A stretch of DNA of 59,352 nt, counting the filler, from Dimargaris cristalligena (lineage: Eukaryota), in assembly GCA_003614675.1 (NCBI GenBank). It is 4 parts of 4 records of this genome, joined end to end, with 100 filler letters (N's around TTAATTAATTAA, not from the genome) between each part and the next. Parts side by side here need not be neighbours in the genome. Positions count along the whole stretch, not along the records: positions 44,602 to 59,352 come from ML002938.1; 3 more parts are not named here. The stretch is one strand, 5' to 3'. Below the pieces are notes generated by a model. The model ran no database searches and was not told where the DNA came from. It saw nothing but the letters and a program-made list of their open reading frames with translations. Positions 51,001 to 59,352 of the stretch are shown here, piece by piece. How positions within the stretch are numbered: the first letter of the stretch is position 1; every line of letters starts with the position of its first letter. Both the position numbers and the translations under genes were made by a program.

Positions 51001-54000
51001 CTCAAGTCTACTATTGAAATATGACTTGGCTTGGGTAAGGGCATGTGTTATTTGAGTACAGGTAATCGAAGTTATAGCAGGACCAGTTAAGCCCCAGTCA
51101 GAAATATATTGCAAGCTAATATTAGAGTTACTGTACTGGGAACTGTGAAGTTGGATATATTCTAAATTAGTGCTAGGAATATTAGTATTCCAGGATGGTA
51201 TTTGGATCACATTGGTATTTTGTGGGAAGTATTCTGAGTATGTATTTGAAAAGGAGGTATGGAGCCATACAGCCTGGGGTTCAAAAGTTACTAGAGATAT
51301 ACCCATTTGTTCAAGAGATTGGGTATATGGATGAATTGTCAGCTGAGCATTCAATTTGATAGCAGCCACTAAGCAGATGGATAGCTGGCTATAGTCTTTA
51401 ATAAAAGCCAGTATAGTTGGAGATAATCTTGAAGTATAATTAATAGTGGAGTGCACTAGGGAATCAGCTAGGTTATTAAGCTTACTGACAGATAGTATCT
51501 GTTCATCAGATTGGAGGACCAATTGGTCTGGATTCTTATTTATATTACATTCCCAGACTTCATGTAGTGATTGGGATACCATGACAGAAGAAGGATTGTA
51601 GATAGGCTGTTTGAGGTTACTTATTAATGGATATGATAGTGGTATAGTAAGGGTAAACTGATTAATATGGTTTTGTGGATCACATATAAGTATTTTTTCG
51701 AGGATTAACTGGGTCATTTCCACAATCTGAGTTATAGAGGTTCCTGAGTAGATTTCTGTACTGTAAGATACTTTAACTTGTATGGAGGAGGACTGGTCCA
51801 CAAAATTAATAGTCAATGGATATTCAATATATTCGTGAATATTAATATCTGAAATGATCAGTTCATGTAATTGGTCATTTACTAGACTAGGGAAATTCTC
51901 AAAGCCTAGGAGTGTGTGGAATAGAGGTCCAGGCTGGCCTAATCCACTCCATTGGACAATATCAGTAAACTGGGAATGCTCAAATGGAATCATATCCACC
52001 TGGTCCTTATGAAGAGATTGCAGCCATGGCTCAAGGAGAGAATTGTTTAGAAGAATCCGGCATGGTATTGTATTAGTACAGGGCCCAATAACTTGGTCCA
52101 TACCAGGGATATTTAAACTTCGACCAGATATAATTACACCAAAAGTCACATCATCCTGGTTAAGTAGTTGACCTAAGACTAAGGCATAAGCAGCCCGGAA
52201 TAGGGTTGCAATTGAGATTCCCAGACTTTGAGTGATTTGGAGTAATTGGGCTTTTGAAATTTTGAGTGGTGTTGAATAGGATGCATAGCCTGGTAAACCA
52301 ATATAGTCTGGGTATATTAATGGGGCTGGTGTAACTGTTATATTATATAGGTAGTTGGTCCAAAATATCTGTGCCAAAGTGGGATCTGACTGGCATATAT
52401 ATTTAACAACAGCTGGAAAACTAGTATGGGGTAATGATCTGGCTAATCCTTGGTGATGATAGGTTACCATCCACTGTTGAAGGAGCAAGGGTAATGACCA
52501 TCCATCTATTAATGAGTGGTGAATTGTGATAATAATATTATGGATCTGGCTATTAGGTGTGGGAAACACAAAGTTACGGACCATATGTTCCTGGAGGGTG
52601 AAGCCCTGTTGCCGGTTCTTAATAAAAAATGCCTCAATGGAATTAAGAGGCTGGTCAGATATAGTCCAGGCTGTAGGTAAAGTGGTAAGCACCACCTGGA
52701 GGAATCCTTGGGATAAAGTATTGGGTGATTCAATGAACAGTGTACGTAGGGAAGAGTGCTGGTTGACTACAGAAGCCCAGGCATGGATTAGTTGATCTGG
52801 GTCCAACTGGCCAGTTAGTTTGATTGCCATTTGGACAAGGTAGGTTGATGGATCCAAAGAAAGGTTCATAAGAAGGCCACCCTGGACTGCAATACATGGT
52901 AGTATATCCTCAACCTGGGCCAGGGGAATTCCTCTTTGGTGTATTTGGGCAAGGATTTTCTGAAACCCAGTACCAGAAAGAGATATATGTGGGAAGTCAT
53001 ATTTGGTAAGTAGAGGTTCAGGGATCATATTTTCAGACTGTGTACCAAGGCTAGTAAGTTTGACCAAATTTTGATGCCACCTGGCCATGATTTTGACAAT
53101 AATATCCCTGTGGTAAACCTGGGGGTTATACTCCATAATTAACCGGAGACAGTCACCAACTATTGTAGGCATGGGATTGAGGTCAAAAACAATGTAGTCC
53201 TGGGGGGCAAAGTCATGTAGTCCAAAGTAATCAGTCCATTCAATAAAAAGTGGATCATTACTTTGGTGAGTGTTTGAGCTATTAAATTGTCCAAAGTAGT
53301 TGAACTGGACATCCATTCTCTCAGGCGTCCTAGCTATAAGTTTACGCTTCTCATCAGCTTGGACACCTGGCATATATTTGATTATTGAGTAGGGAAAACC
53401 TTTGGCTGGGATTCTCTGCAAGGCTTCCTTTGTACATTGCAATAGCTCCAAGAGTGACTGGTTTGGTGGAATCTGAAGCACTAAGGGATAGAGGGAGGTA
53501 AACCAACCTACAGTGCGAGTAATATCTTGATCTGCAGCCCAGGGTTCCCGACCATGACCCTCCATACAGAAGGATATCTGGTCAACCCCAATAGTAGTAG
53601 CGAAGGCCTGGGCAAATGTGGCCAGTAGTATGTCTTGGGGGGTAACTCGCCATTGGGGAGTGAGCTGGAAAAGGAGATTATTGGTGGCCTCATAATCAAA
53701 ATCTAAAGACACAGAGGGGCGGGCCACTTGATTCTCTCCAGTATAAATCTCGGGTGGAGGTAGCAGTGAATAAATGTTGGGAATTGGGTGACCTGTATCA
53801 ACCTGTAGAGGCCAAATATCTGCCAAGAGAGTATTGGAGTAGCTTGCCAGCTGGGTGGCCCAGGTTTGGAACGACATTGTCTTGGGTGGGAGGGGTTTGC
53901 TGAGTAACAATGTATTTAGATCTTCTGTAATTATCCTCCACGAAACCAAGTCCACCAGAATATGGTGAATAGTGAAGAAGAGTTGGGTACTGGGCGGTTT

Positions 54001-56940
54001 GGCCAGGTCATGGATAATGGCCACAGCAACTACCGGGCCAGTAGTTAGATTAAGACTTGACTGGACTTCTAGAATAAAGGCTGAGTAGTCATCGGCGCCC
54101 ACAGGCCTTTCTAATACCAGAAGGTCAGCACTTGTGGCCACTTCAGTAGGGATTAACTGTGTCCAACTCTGCCCAGTCTCACTGAGCTGGAATCTCGCCC
54201 GTAGAATATCATGGTGGTTAAGTAAGGCAACAAGAGCATCAGTGAGAGTTGAGTGGGACAGTGGGAAATGGGGGTTGACCTTAAATAAAAAGGATTGGTT
54301 GAAGTGACTATAATTCTTAAAAGGAAGATTGGTAAACCAATTCTGAATGGGGGTGAGGGCCACATCTCCTTTGGCTTGGACCTGATAGGCTAAGCCCGTA
54401 TCAGTTTTTGTGTTAGTTTCTTGCTGAAGATACTGGGCCTGTTGCTCTAGTTTAGGGTACTGGTAGACCAGTGGGACGGAAAACTGGTAACCCAGTTTTT
54501 GGTACTTCGATATAAGTAAAATAGCTGAGATGGAATCACCACCAAGTTTGAAGAAATGGTCATAAGTTCTAATTTTACTGATGTCCTTCTGCAGGATATG
54601 TGCCCAGGCCTGTCGGAGGCTACACTCAATACCTGATAATGGCTGCTCCTCTAAACCTGTTGTGGAGGGCTGGTTTAAAACGTGATCAATTTGTGGGAGA
54701 GCCTTGCGATCTAGTTTACCGTTGGCGGTTATTTGAAACTCTGGCACCAATATGATTATTTGAGGCACCATCTGCTTAGATAGGCGACTGGATAGGAAAT
54801 TCCGAATAGCGACTTGGTCTAGATCTGCTGGGCTGGCATATAAAACAAGGGTATCCCGAACTATTTTTGCCACACAATTTTTCAGACCGGTAAAGTTACC
54901 TGCCAGCTGCTCAATTTCCTCGAGCTCAATGCGAAACCCGCGTAGCTTAATTTGATTGTCGAAGCGGCCCAGGATTTCTATTTTTCCGTCGGAGAGCCAC
55001 CGAACACGATCACCGGTCCGGTAAACTTGACCGGGGCCATGCGGGTTATCAATGAATTTGGCTTGAGTTAATTCAGGTAGGTTCTGGTAACCACGGGCAA
55101 GACCTATTCCCCCTATGAGCAACTCGCCAGGGACACCTACCGGCACCAATTGAAGCTGGTCATCGACCACTAAATTGGTCACATTTTTAAGAGGCCGGCC
55201 GATTGAAATCTCATCGCCAGGATTGATTATAGTTATATTGCTAAATATAGTGATTTCTGTTGGTCCATATATGTTCACGAGGGTGCAGTGACTTGCCCAT
55301 TGATTGCATAATTCTGCTGTACAGGGTTCACCGCCAATAATAATTGTCTTTAGATTTTGAAAATCGGCAGGATTAAGACGGGAAAGAAATGAGGGGATAA
55401 AGTCTGCTGTATCGACGCTTTGTAAGGTCTCAATAATATTACCAGTTGGAATCACGACAATACCCCCAGCACTTAGTCCATACAGAACCTCCATTACCAT
55501 CCAATCAAAAGCAACCGACATCATTAAAAGTGATCGATGACTTTTACTGCAGGCATCCATTAACATGGGATTAGTAATGACATTGGTAAGACTTTGGTGC
55601 TCAATCATTACACCCTTGGGACGACCAGTAGTGCCGGATGTGTAAACAATATAGGCAAGGTCACGCCGTGCTGATCGATGGGGTTGGAAATCAGATGGGT
55701 CCGAGTTGGGTAATGATACAGTGAAAGGGTCCGCCATCAATACAGGAATATGAGACTGAGTTGGCATTTTACTAGCGGACGATTCAGTGACAAGCACTAA
55801 TTCCGCACCACTGTCTTCCAGGACAAACCGGATGCGATCGGCTGGGTACTCCGGGTCTATGGGCACATATGCTGCACCGGATTTGAGTACCGCAAGTAAG
55901 GCGACGATGTAGGCAAATGCCTTGGGAATGAGTAGGGCAATCCGTGTCTCGGGTTGGGCACCATATTGGCTAACAAGAACACGAGCAAGCTCGGAACTGC
56001 AATTGTCCAGCTGGCGGTAGGTCCATTCATTGTGGCCATGGGTGACGGCAATATTATGAGGCGCTTTTATAACCTGGTCGCTGAATATGCTGTGCACAGG
56101 CTGGTTCACGCACTGGATTGGGACATTCATGCGAGAAAAGGTCATTAGACGAGTTCTTTCTTGGTCACCGACCCAGGGGATATCACGGATGAGGATTGGG
56201 GGCCTATTGGAATCCTTCATGGTCCAGGCATGAGCCACTGCCCCCAAAACCGTATCAAATTGATTGGAGAACTCCTCTATAGCAGAGGCCCGGTAGGCAC
56301 TGTGGGAATATGTAAAATTCAGCGTGGCAGAGTCATCCGCCAAGCTAAATTCAATCAGCAGCCTGACTCCCACTATGGCCAAAAGGGTAGACTGATAGCC
56401 TTCGGAGTTGGTGACGGTGGAATAGATAGATCCGTCCGGGTTTTTGGTGGATGGCTGATTGGGGACAGTGGACAGACTACAACGTAGGATCACCTCAGGA
56501 GGCGGGGGTGATTCAGCAATGGCATTGGAAGGGTTTCCGCTTACGTTATTTAAATTGATTTTTGGCCCGTTAAATTTGTTGCAGGAGCTAATCAACGAAG
56601 TAACCTGGGCCTCGGGATCCACGTTAAACAACACCCAGACCAGCGGGGCTCCATCGGGGTATTTATCGTTGAGGAATCCAGTGGGGTAGCCAAACGCCAC
56701 CTCCGATTGATTGTAATACCGACTTAGCAGAATGGCCAGAGAAGCCATAACCACTTTGTTTATGCCAGATTCGGGGCTATGCTGAACGATCTCCGATGAA
56801 AGATGTTGCTGATAAGTCCCAATACCCTGCTGGACTCGGCTAGGTCTGCCTAAAGGCAACTTTACATTTGCGTGGGTTTCAGAAGGTAAATGGGAAACTG
56901 GGGCTACACCATCGGCGGAGAGGTGATAATATTGCGACAT
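45073..56940 (-). CDS. Intronless nonribosomal peptide synthetase (~3955 aa): partial C - A - T - E - C - (decayed A - decayed T) - degenerate C - A - T - R (thioester reductase)
   Basis: First ATG at 56940 (track start 57048 is TTG). A1: YTSGTTGRPKG, YGPTE, YRTGD, NGKLD. T1: LGGDSI (~54535). E: HHILVDLVSW, EGHGRE, RTVGWFT. C: HHSLIDGWS (~52510). Last A: FTSGSTGLPKG (~48040). T: LGGHSI (~46825). R: TGATGFLG (~46445) and YDQSK. Confidence 0.95.
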   Translation of the reverse strand: MSQYYHLSADGVAPVSHLPSETHANVKLPLGRPSRVQQGIGTYQQHLSSEIVQHSPESGINKVVMASLAILLSRYYNQSEVAFGYPTGFLNDKYPDGAPLVWVLFNVDPEAQVTSLISSCNKFNGPKINLNNVSGNPSNAIAESPPPPEVILRCSLSTVPNQPSTKNPDGSIYSTVTNSEGYQSTLLAIVGVRLLIEFSLADDSATLNFTYSHSAYRASAIEEFSNQFDTVLGAVAHAWTMKDSNRPPILIRDIPWVGDQERTRLMTFSRMNVPIQCVNQPVHSIFSDQVIKAPHNIAVTHGHNEWTYRQLDNCSSELARVLVSQYGAQPETRIALLIPKAFAYIVALLAVLKSGAAYVPIDPEYPADRIRFVLEDSGAELVLVTESSASKMPTQSHIPVLMADPFTVSLPNSDPSDFQPHRSARRDLAYIVYTSGTTGRPKGVMIEHQSLTNVITNPMLMDACSKSHRSLLMMSVAFDWMVMEVLYGLSAGGIVVIPTGNIIETLQSVDTADFIPSFLSRLNPADFQNLKTIIIGGEPCTAELCNQWASHCTLVNIYGPTEITIFSNITIINPGDEISIGRPLKNVTNLVVDDQLQLVPVGVPGELLIGGIGLARGYQNLPELTQAKFIDNPHGPGQVYRTGDRVRWLSDGKIEILGRFDNQIKLRGFRIELEEIEQLAGNFTGLKNCVAKIVRDTLVLYASPADLDQVAIRNFLSSRLSKQMVPQIIILVPEFQITANGKLDRKALPQIDHVLNQPSTTGLEEQPLSGIECSLRQAWAHILQKDISKIRTYDHFFKLGGDSISAILLISKYQKLGYQFSVPLVYQYPKLEQQAQYLQQETNTKTDTGLAYQVQAKGDVALTPIQNWFTNLPFKNYSHFNQSFLFKVNPHFPLSHSTLTDALVALLNHHDILRARFQLSETGQSWTQLIPTEVATSADLLVLERPVGADDYSAFILEVQSSLNLTTGPVVAVAIIHDLAKPPSTQLFFTIHHILVDLVSWRIITEDLNTLLLSKPLPPKTMSFQTWATQLASYSNTLLADIWPLQVDTGHPIPNIYSLLPPPEIYTGENQVARPSVSLDFDYEATNNLLFQLTPQWRVTPQDILLATFAQAFATTIGVDQISFCMEGHGREPWAADQDITRTVGWFTSLYPLVLQIPPNQSLLELLQCTKEALQRIPAKGFPYSIIKYMPGVQADEKRKLIARTPERMDVQFNYFGQFNSSNTHQSNDPLFIEWTDYFGLHDFAPQDYIVFDLNPMPTIVGDCLRLIMEYNPQVYHRDIIVKIMARWHQNLVKLTSLGTQSENMIPEPLLTKYDFPHISLSGTGFQKILAQIHQRGIPLAQVEDILPCIAVQGGLLMNLSLDPSTYLVQMAIKLTGQLDPDQLIHAWASVVNQHSSLRTLFIESPNTLSQGFLQVVLTTLPTAWTISDQPLNSIEAFFIKNRQQGFTLQEHMVRNFVFPTPNSQIHNIIITIHHSLIDGWSLPLLLQQWMVTYHHQGLARSLPHTSFPAVVKYICQSDPTLAQIFWTNYLYNITVTPAPLIYPDYIGLPGYASYSTPLKISKAQLLQITQSLGISIATLFRAAYALVLGQLLNQDDVTFGVIISGRSLNIPGMDQVIGPCTNTIPCRILLNNSLLEPWLQSLHKDQVDMIPFEHSQFTDIVQWSGLGQPGPLFHTLLGFENFPSLVNDQLHELIISDINIHEYIEYPLTINFVDQSSSIQVKVSYSTEIYSGTSITQIVEMTQLILEKILICDPQNHINQFTLTIPLSYPLISNLKQPIYNPSSVMVSQSLHEVWECNINKNPDQLVLQSDEQILSVSKLNNLADSLVHSTINYTSRLSPTILAFIKDYSQLSICLVAAIKLNAQLTIHPYTQSLEQMGISLVTFEPQAVWLHTSFSNTYSEYFPQNTNVIQIPSWNTNIPSTNLEYIQLHSSQYSNSNISLQYISDWGLTGPAITSITCTQITHALTQAKSYFNSRLECSFDYSLEISSQENIWLILLCLLFNVTAKPTGVYTPPYDNQTHYHDTSSIKLTQETQYNHHIVLVNLAKLLPSSIHPLANQSSLYLVYNGSIFDGFCFITSNQLATFTLPILDTSLGGNPLAVLDYQGYPCPPGVLGYIAFTDVGNFIQPQKVRDLGLGSYNSDNQILILGPSSQRVNLKGQQVHLGILEQALLKAGAIHPQVLILPNGQLVVLVDHTPKEDLAQLQAKIAPPTTPRVLIPSSIISTVGFPHVADYTNQLSCNTNYFALAYLTTLPLYSMLSELEWWLAVVINELYLFHQPTTSLSATTPLQSTEGFSLAQLEHLQYYVYQKYYIRIILSDLITVNKLQPLANLVSNQLSHNQVTVTSNNTYDRISNSLTFPFICSQPANDYQQRVWSLSHLLHSAVSFYHCCMISSITTIQLTTVQKTINHIVATYEALRCQFKLTNGVLTCHILPIIHINVQEYQSLGHFKMDFENFGPEDIHFDLEQGVLIQAKLYQCSDPSANSIQSYVFLHVHEIAGNTVFFENIFHELIQGLSTIESDNTQIVPARYSIEYQEPSSLDLKYWLSLLKAAPTKLALYMDRLHPPLPSLQCSMVKADLLTSLVTSVYEMAIIGSVLPSEMWLAMFFTFIHHITGQDELIVDFSDLSGQSNINKSGLNLHSLSTVPVQVGGTWPTTISQLAKELQNQITQTLKQCMTCTTRLGQLLGFSTVNQISGLSRIHLSINPNILGNANSEMFQYHYPAKPKTVFAYDIELIVQTDIFSPWCKLHYNPDVFEQSIAECILKNFMHYIQACISPGQQWPTASIVCPEELSILLEDFSLGNPGPDEPIVKLPHGALELFYEAAKMHPTAIATEFSGQTWTYQYLSECIYRVAAALKKRYVQPSDKLGVIVTNHPNTLVAMLAIWYIGAVYVPMDSKLPQQRQQYIIEAASCQWVLNATITPNMWPGALVLSELLQTYEVTNYDYTIHQNTPDDLAYIIFTSGSTGLPKGVMITHENINYHLNNPVFHDFQQAGTRVMVGVSPSFDVFFTNALMPACYGSTVVFPNDDLAKTLSQVDMSCFVPSVLSQLCPSDYLNVKSIYLIGEPLSRKLADSWLAVTTVWNWYGPTETTIVSHYSQVVSTGPITIGGPIPNYQCYILNSYMQPVPIGTVGEIYIGGIGVSPGYINRPDLNQAKFPKNPFTGKGTLYATGDFGRWLPNGEVEYLGRMDNQVKIRGFRIELDEIDYYIAQFPSIQANVTVVRKDDNDDKIIVSYIVPQANVNQTKSTDIDQRHYHRNTCLISDLRGLLKKQLPSYSIPSVFVPLPELPLSTNGKVDKAALPYYKDALKSMISQQYTSVSRDNTSVSAATDPLSEYSPTQNTLNNIWQQTLGLDSMIPLHTNFFELGGHSILATRLGIQVRKRFGIDIPVSLVFQHPTVYSMAAAVDQFAQATSNIVSKPSAIDNTVTRPVSSEHPPVQSSPDPSTEYSNDFATLIDQLPPPLSTIQFNNSDTPFVFPVRIRSGEAPIFFLTGATGFLGAFILAHLLMHFPTATVICLVRAQSPEHAFDRIKSSCINSLLWQTQWDITTSETSTYPDCKIGYGSQRVRVVVGDLAQPRLGISLAEWQSLARGVDAIIHNGALVYWMYPYSKFRSSNVLGTLATIELATSDHVKPLHFVSSISVFNSSHYIQLTRPEDIVSLFEGPSLVSDSHMGTTPSLAQAKIGTGVLESDDLEGSRYDLPSGYDQSKWVADKLILEARARGYPCTIIRPGFVVGSSKTGVINSDDFQWRLVKGCIQLGKAPVLDNAINMCPVDYIAEFVVQVVAQPQALDQGTFHIESPSRFSYNDMFDQLRLYGFSIVSIPYSLWCVYIKEATDKSTDNALYPVLQFTQDDMPKNTRLPILDTSHTQVICHTGGIDCPPISSLIGLYLAYMVKVGFITPPTLDSLSDSRTNCQEATTDTPYNSNLTLKHQLLPQLPIEVNTMINRNNRD

Positions 56941-58779
56941 GTTGGGTTGGGAAAGTGGTGTAGATCTACTATTCAAAAGAATCCCGGAGACTGGATTAGA
57001 CAGAATACGAATGGATATACCCGGTAGTAATTGTGTTACTGCGAACAAAACGGGATGGATAACTATGATTAGCTGTAACCCGCCGGCTCGACGTTTAGAC
57101 TGTTTTATACTGAATGGAAGGAAACGTCGGTTAGATTTTTAGGGGCAACAACGCCCTGTTAGACCCATTAGTCAACAAGGGTCCCTCTTCTATCGACTAT
57201 ACATTACCGCCGAAGGATGTATTAATCAAGATTCCCAGCTATTTGTGGCACGTAAACCGGGTTTCGGCCGGTATAATAAGTCATTGAAATATATGCGGAA
57301 TAATGATTAATTTTACATGTTTACTCCCGCTGCATCATCAAGTATCAAATTGCCAGTGAATACCTTTTAAAATAATTACACTATAATTTTTTAATTACTG
57401 TTCTGGAGAAATTAACATTGTTTTATTAGAAACTGACTGGTCAGCTTTAGTAATGCATACTTGAAGAACGTGCACCGACCGTACCCATCCAAAAAAGCCA
57501 TTTGTGTTCGTTAATAACCAAGTCTCTACCACATTTAATCCGTATCTGAATATAAACCGCCAATTTTAGACTGATCCAAACAAATCATTTAACCTACTTC
57601 GAATGGCATTATTAAAGTCGACTCACCTTTATAGCGGAGACTGCGATAGCATTTTGTAAAATACCTGACATTCAAAATCTACCATTTAGAAGCGAGCACC
57701 CGTTGAAGTGACCTCTTGTACACTGCACCCATTACCTGAAACGTCGTCCACTTTTGATTGCATGCCCCAGATTTACGCGACACTCCTTATATGATAATAT
57801 GGCTTATGATACCAGCGTTCATGGGGGCAATCAAGGTATCAAAACTTAGTTAATCACTTTCACCAACCATAATAGATTAAATTGGTCATCAAAATAATAT
57901 ATGTAAAGCCATGTTTCCCGGGTTTCCAAATGATTATACAACTCTACTAGCCCAATGTTAGACTAAACCCAACCCTTTATTGTATGTTTCTTTAACTATC
58001 AATATATGTACATATAGTGTAATTTATATTGAGCAATATCATTAATATGGCGGGCTTGGTCACCAATTTAAATAACCGGCCTAAGGCGTACACTAGGCCA
58101 GCACTCGCTACATTGTAATACCAGACAGATCCACCAGCGCTGACGGCCTTTTGATTCCAGACCTAATACTCTCCCCCCACTTTGTGGGAATAATCATGAT
58201 ATTAATAAAAGCCTACGATGGTATCGCTGTTAATCCAAACATTACTACCGCAGCAAGGGGTTACTTTCCTAGGACTGCTTGAGAGTAAACTATCCTATAC
58301 TTTACTACTTTTACCAGATCCCCAGATGTACTTTAGGTGGCGAGCCCTTTTGAAACATATTTGTGACAAATTAATGTCTCTTTATTTAGAGTGAATGCAC
58401 TATCACTAGAGTAAATTGACTTATTATCAGCCCCTATTATATAATGTTTTGATAAGTGGAAAATAATAAAAGTTTATATATATACATTAATAAACCCATG
58501 TGAAATGAGTGAAAACAACTGGATGACAGCAGGCATCTCGCAGTGGCCAGTTTTACAGCATATTCCAGTTCGACAGCCACATTCAGTGTGGGTGAAGTTT
58601 ATGGATAGTGTAAATTGATCAACTAGTGCCATTGGGCAGACCTGGACAATAATTTCCACAATGGGACATATTTTCAATGTGATCTTACTATGCAATAGTC
58701 CTCAGATGAAGTAGAGTTTTATTTATAGTGAATCTAAGGCAGGTAACCTTTTGGTCATAATTTGCCATCCACAGGGAAT

Positions 58780-58825
58780 ATATGGGTGAAGTTCAACCCA
58801 GCTGTATAGGGTAAAATCCATATAG
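58780..58825. mobile_element. MITE-like element, partial copy 3 (one terminus)
   Basis: atatgggtgaagttcaacccagctgtatag closely matches the left ends of copies 1 and 2. Confidence 0.55.
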
Positions 58826-59352
58826 GTAGGTCATCATATTCAGGTCATGTGACCTTTGGGGGATGGACATAACCTTCCCCCCCCCCTATATTATCCACCC
58901 ATCCATCACCACCAATATAAGCTAAGGAGACTTAGCCTATATTGTGATGGGGAGGGGGTACACCCAGATAGGGCAGGGGCAGTACTGGTACTCAATTGAG
59001 TATCAGCATAGTAGGTGGGGTTATATTTATGCTTATAATTGTACTAACCCTATAATACAATAATACGCCCTGTCCTTTTAAGCTCTGCCCTATTTGTTTT
59101 AACTAGCTCTTTAGCCAGCTGTTTTAAATAAAAAGAAAGGGCACTTAAAGGTGCTGCCAAATGGTAAAAAGGGAATGCCAATTGGTAAATGGGAGCCAGA
59201 GGCTTCTAAATTTGAATGGGAGTAGCCAACTGGCAAATGGGGGATAGAGATTCCCTTTTTTGCATGGTGAATGTAGTGAAAGGGAATAGGGCCCTAAGGC
59301 CCTGAAATTCGAATGGGGAATTGATATTGGCAAATGTGGGCCAATGGGAATC

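Noticed and set aside
17929..56940. BCAT and NRPS as one biosynthetic cluster
   Set aside because: About 25 kb apart, separated by housekeeping genes and two gaps; BCAT looks like the ordinary mitochondrial enzyme.
56941..57048. TTG-initiated N-terminal extensions in the ORF track (NRPS; also cyclin 5022, BCAT 18972)
   Set aside because: The ORF track uses bacterial start codons; this is eukaryotic DNA with in-frame ATGs or upstream exons.
1..59352. CRISPR arrays, tRNA/rRNA genes, prokaryotic defence operons (prompted by the C5 methyltransferase)
   Set aside because: None seen. The methyltransferase is a spliced eukaryotic DNMT1 with RFTS/BAH-like domains, not a restriction-modification enzyme.

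Overview
Eukaryotic (fungal) genomic DNA with GT-AG introns, from a draft assembly with three 100-nt gap spacers. The gene style (early-diverging fungus, intronless bacterial-type NRPS, secreted small-protein gene) suggests Zoopagomycota, possibly a Dimargaris-like mycoparasite; this is inference only. Genes in order: a cyclin (+); a 3-exon signal-peptide + F-box protein (-); MOB1 (+); a mitochondrial-type branched-chain aminotransferase (-); a DNMT1-type C5 DNA methyltransferase cut by a gap (+); two tandem paralogous double-SH3 adaptor genes (-); NOB1 (+); and a ~3,955-aa intronless NRPS (-). Most notable: (1) the NRPS looks chimeric, with bacterial-style A-T-E-C modules and a decayed middle module fused at the A-domain hinge to the C-terminal Asub-T-R part of a fungal Lys2-like reductase; (2) a secreted F-box protein, a candidate effector acting on a host SCF ligase; (3) sharply bounded CpG-depleted domains over repeat relics and the NRPS interior, in a genome that encodes DNMT1; (4) a small MITE-like family. 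All counts and alignments were done by eye; no searches were run.
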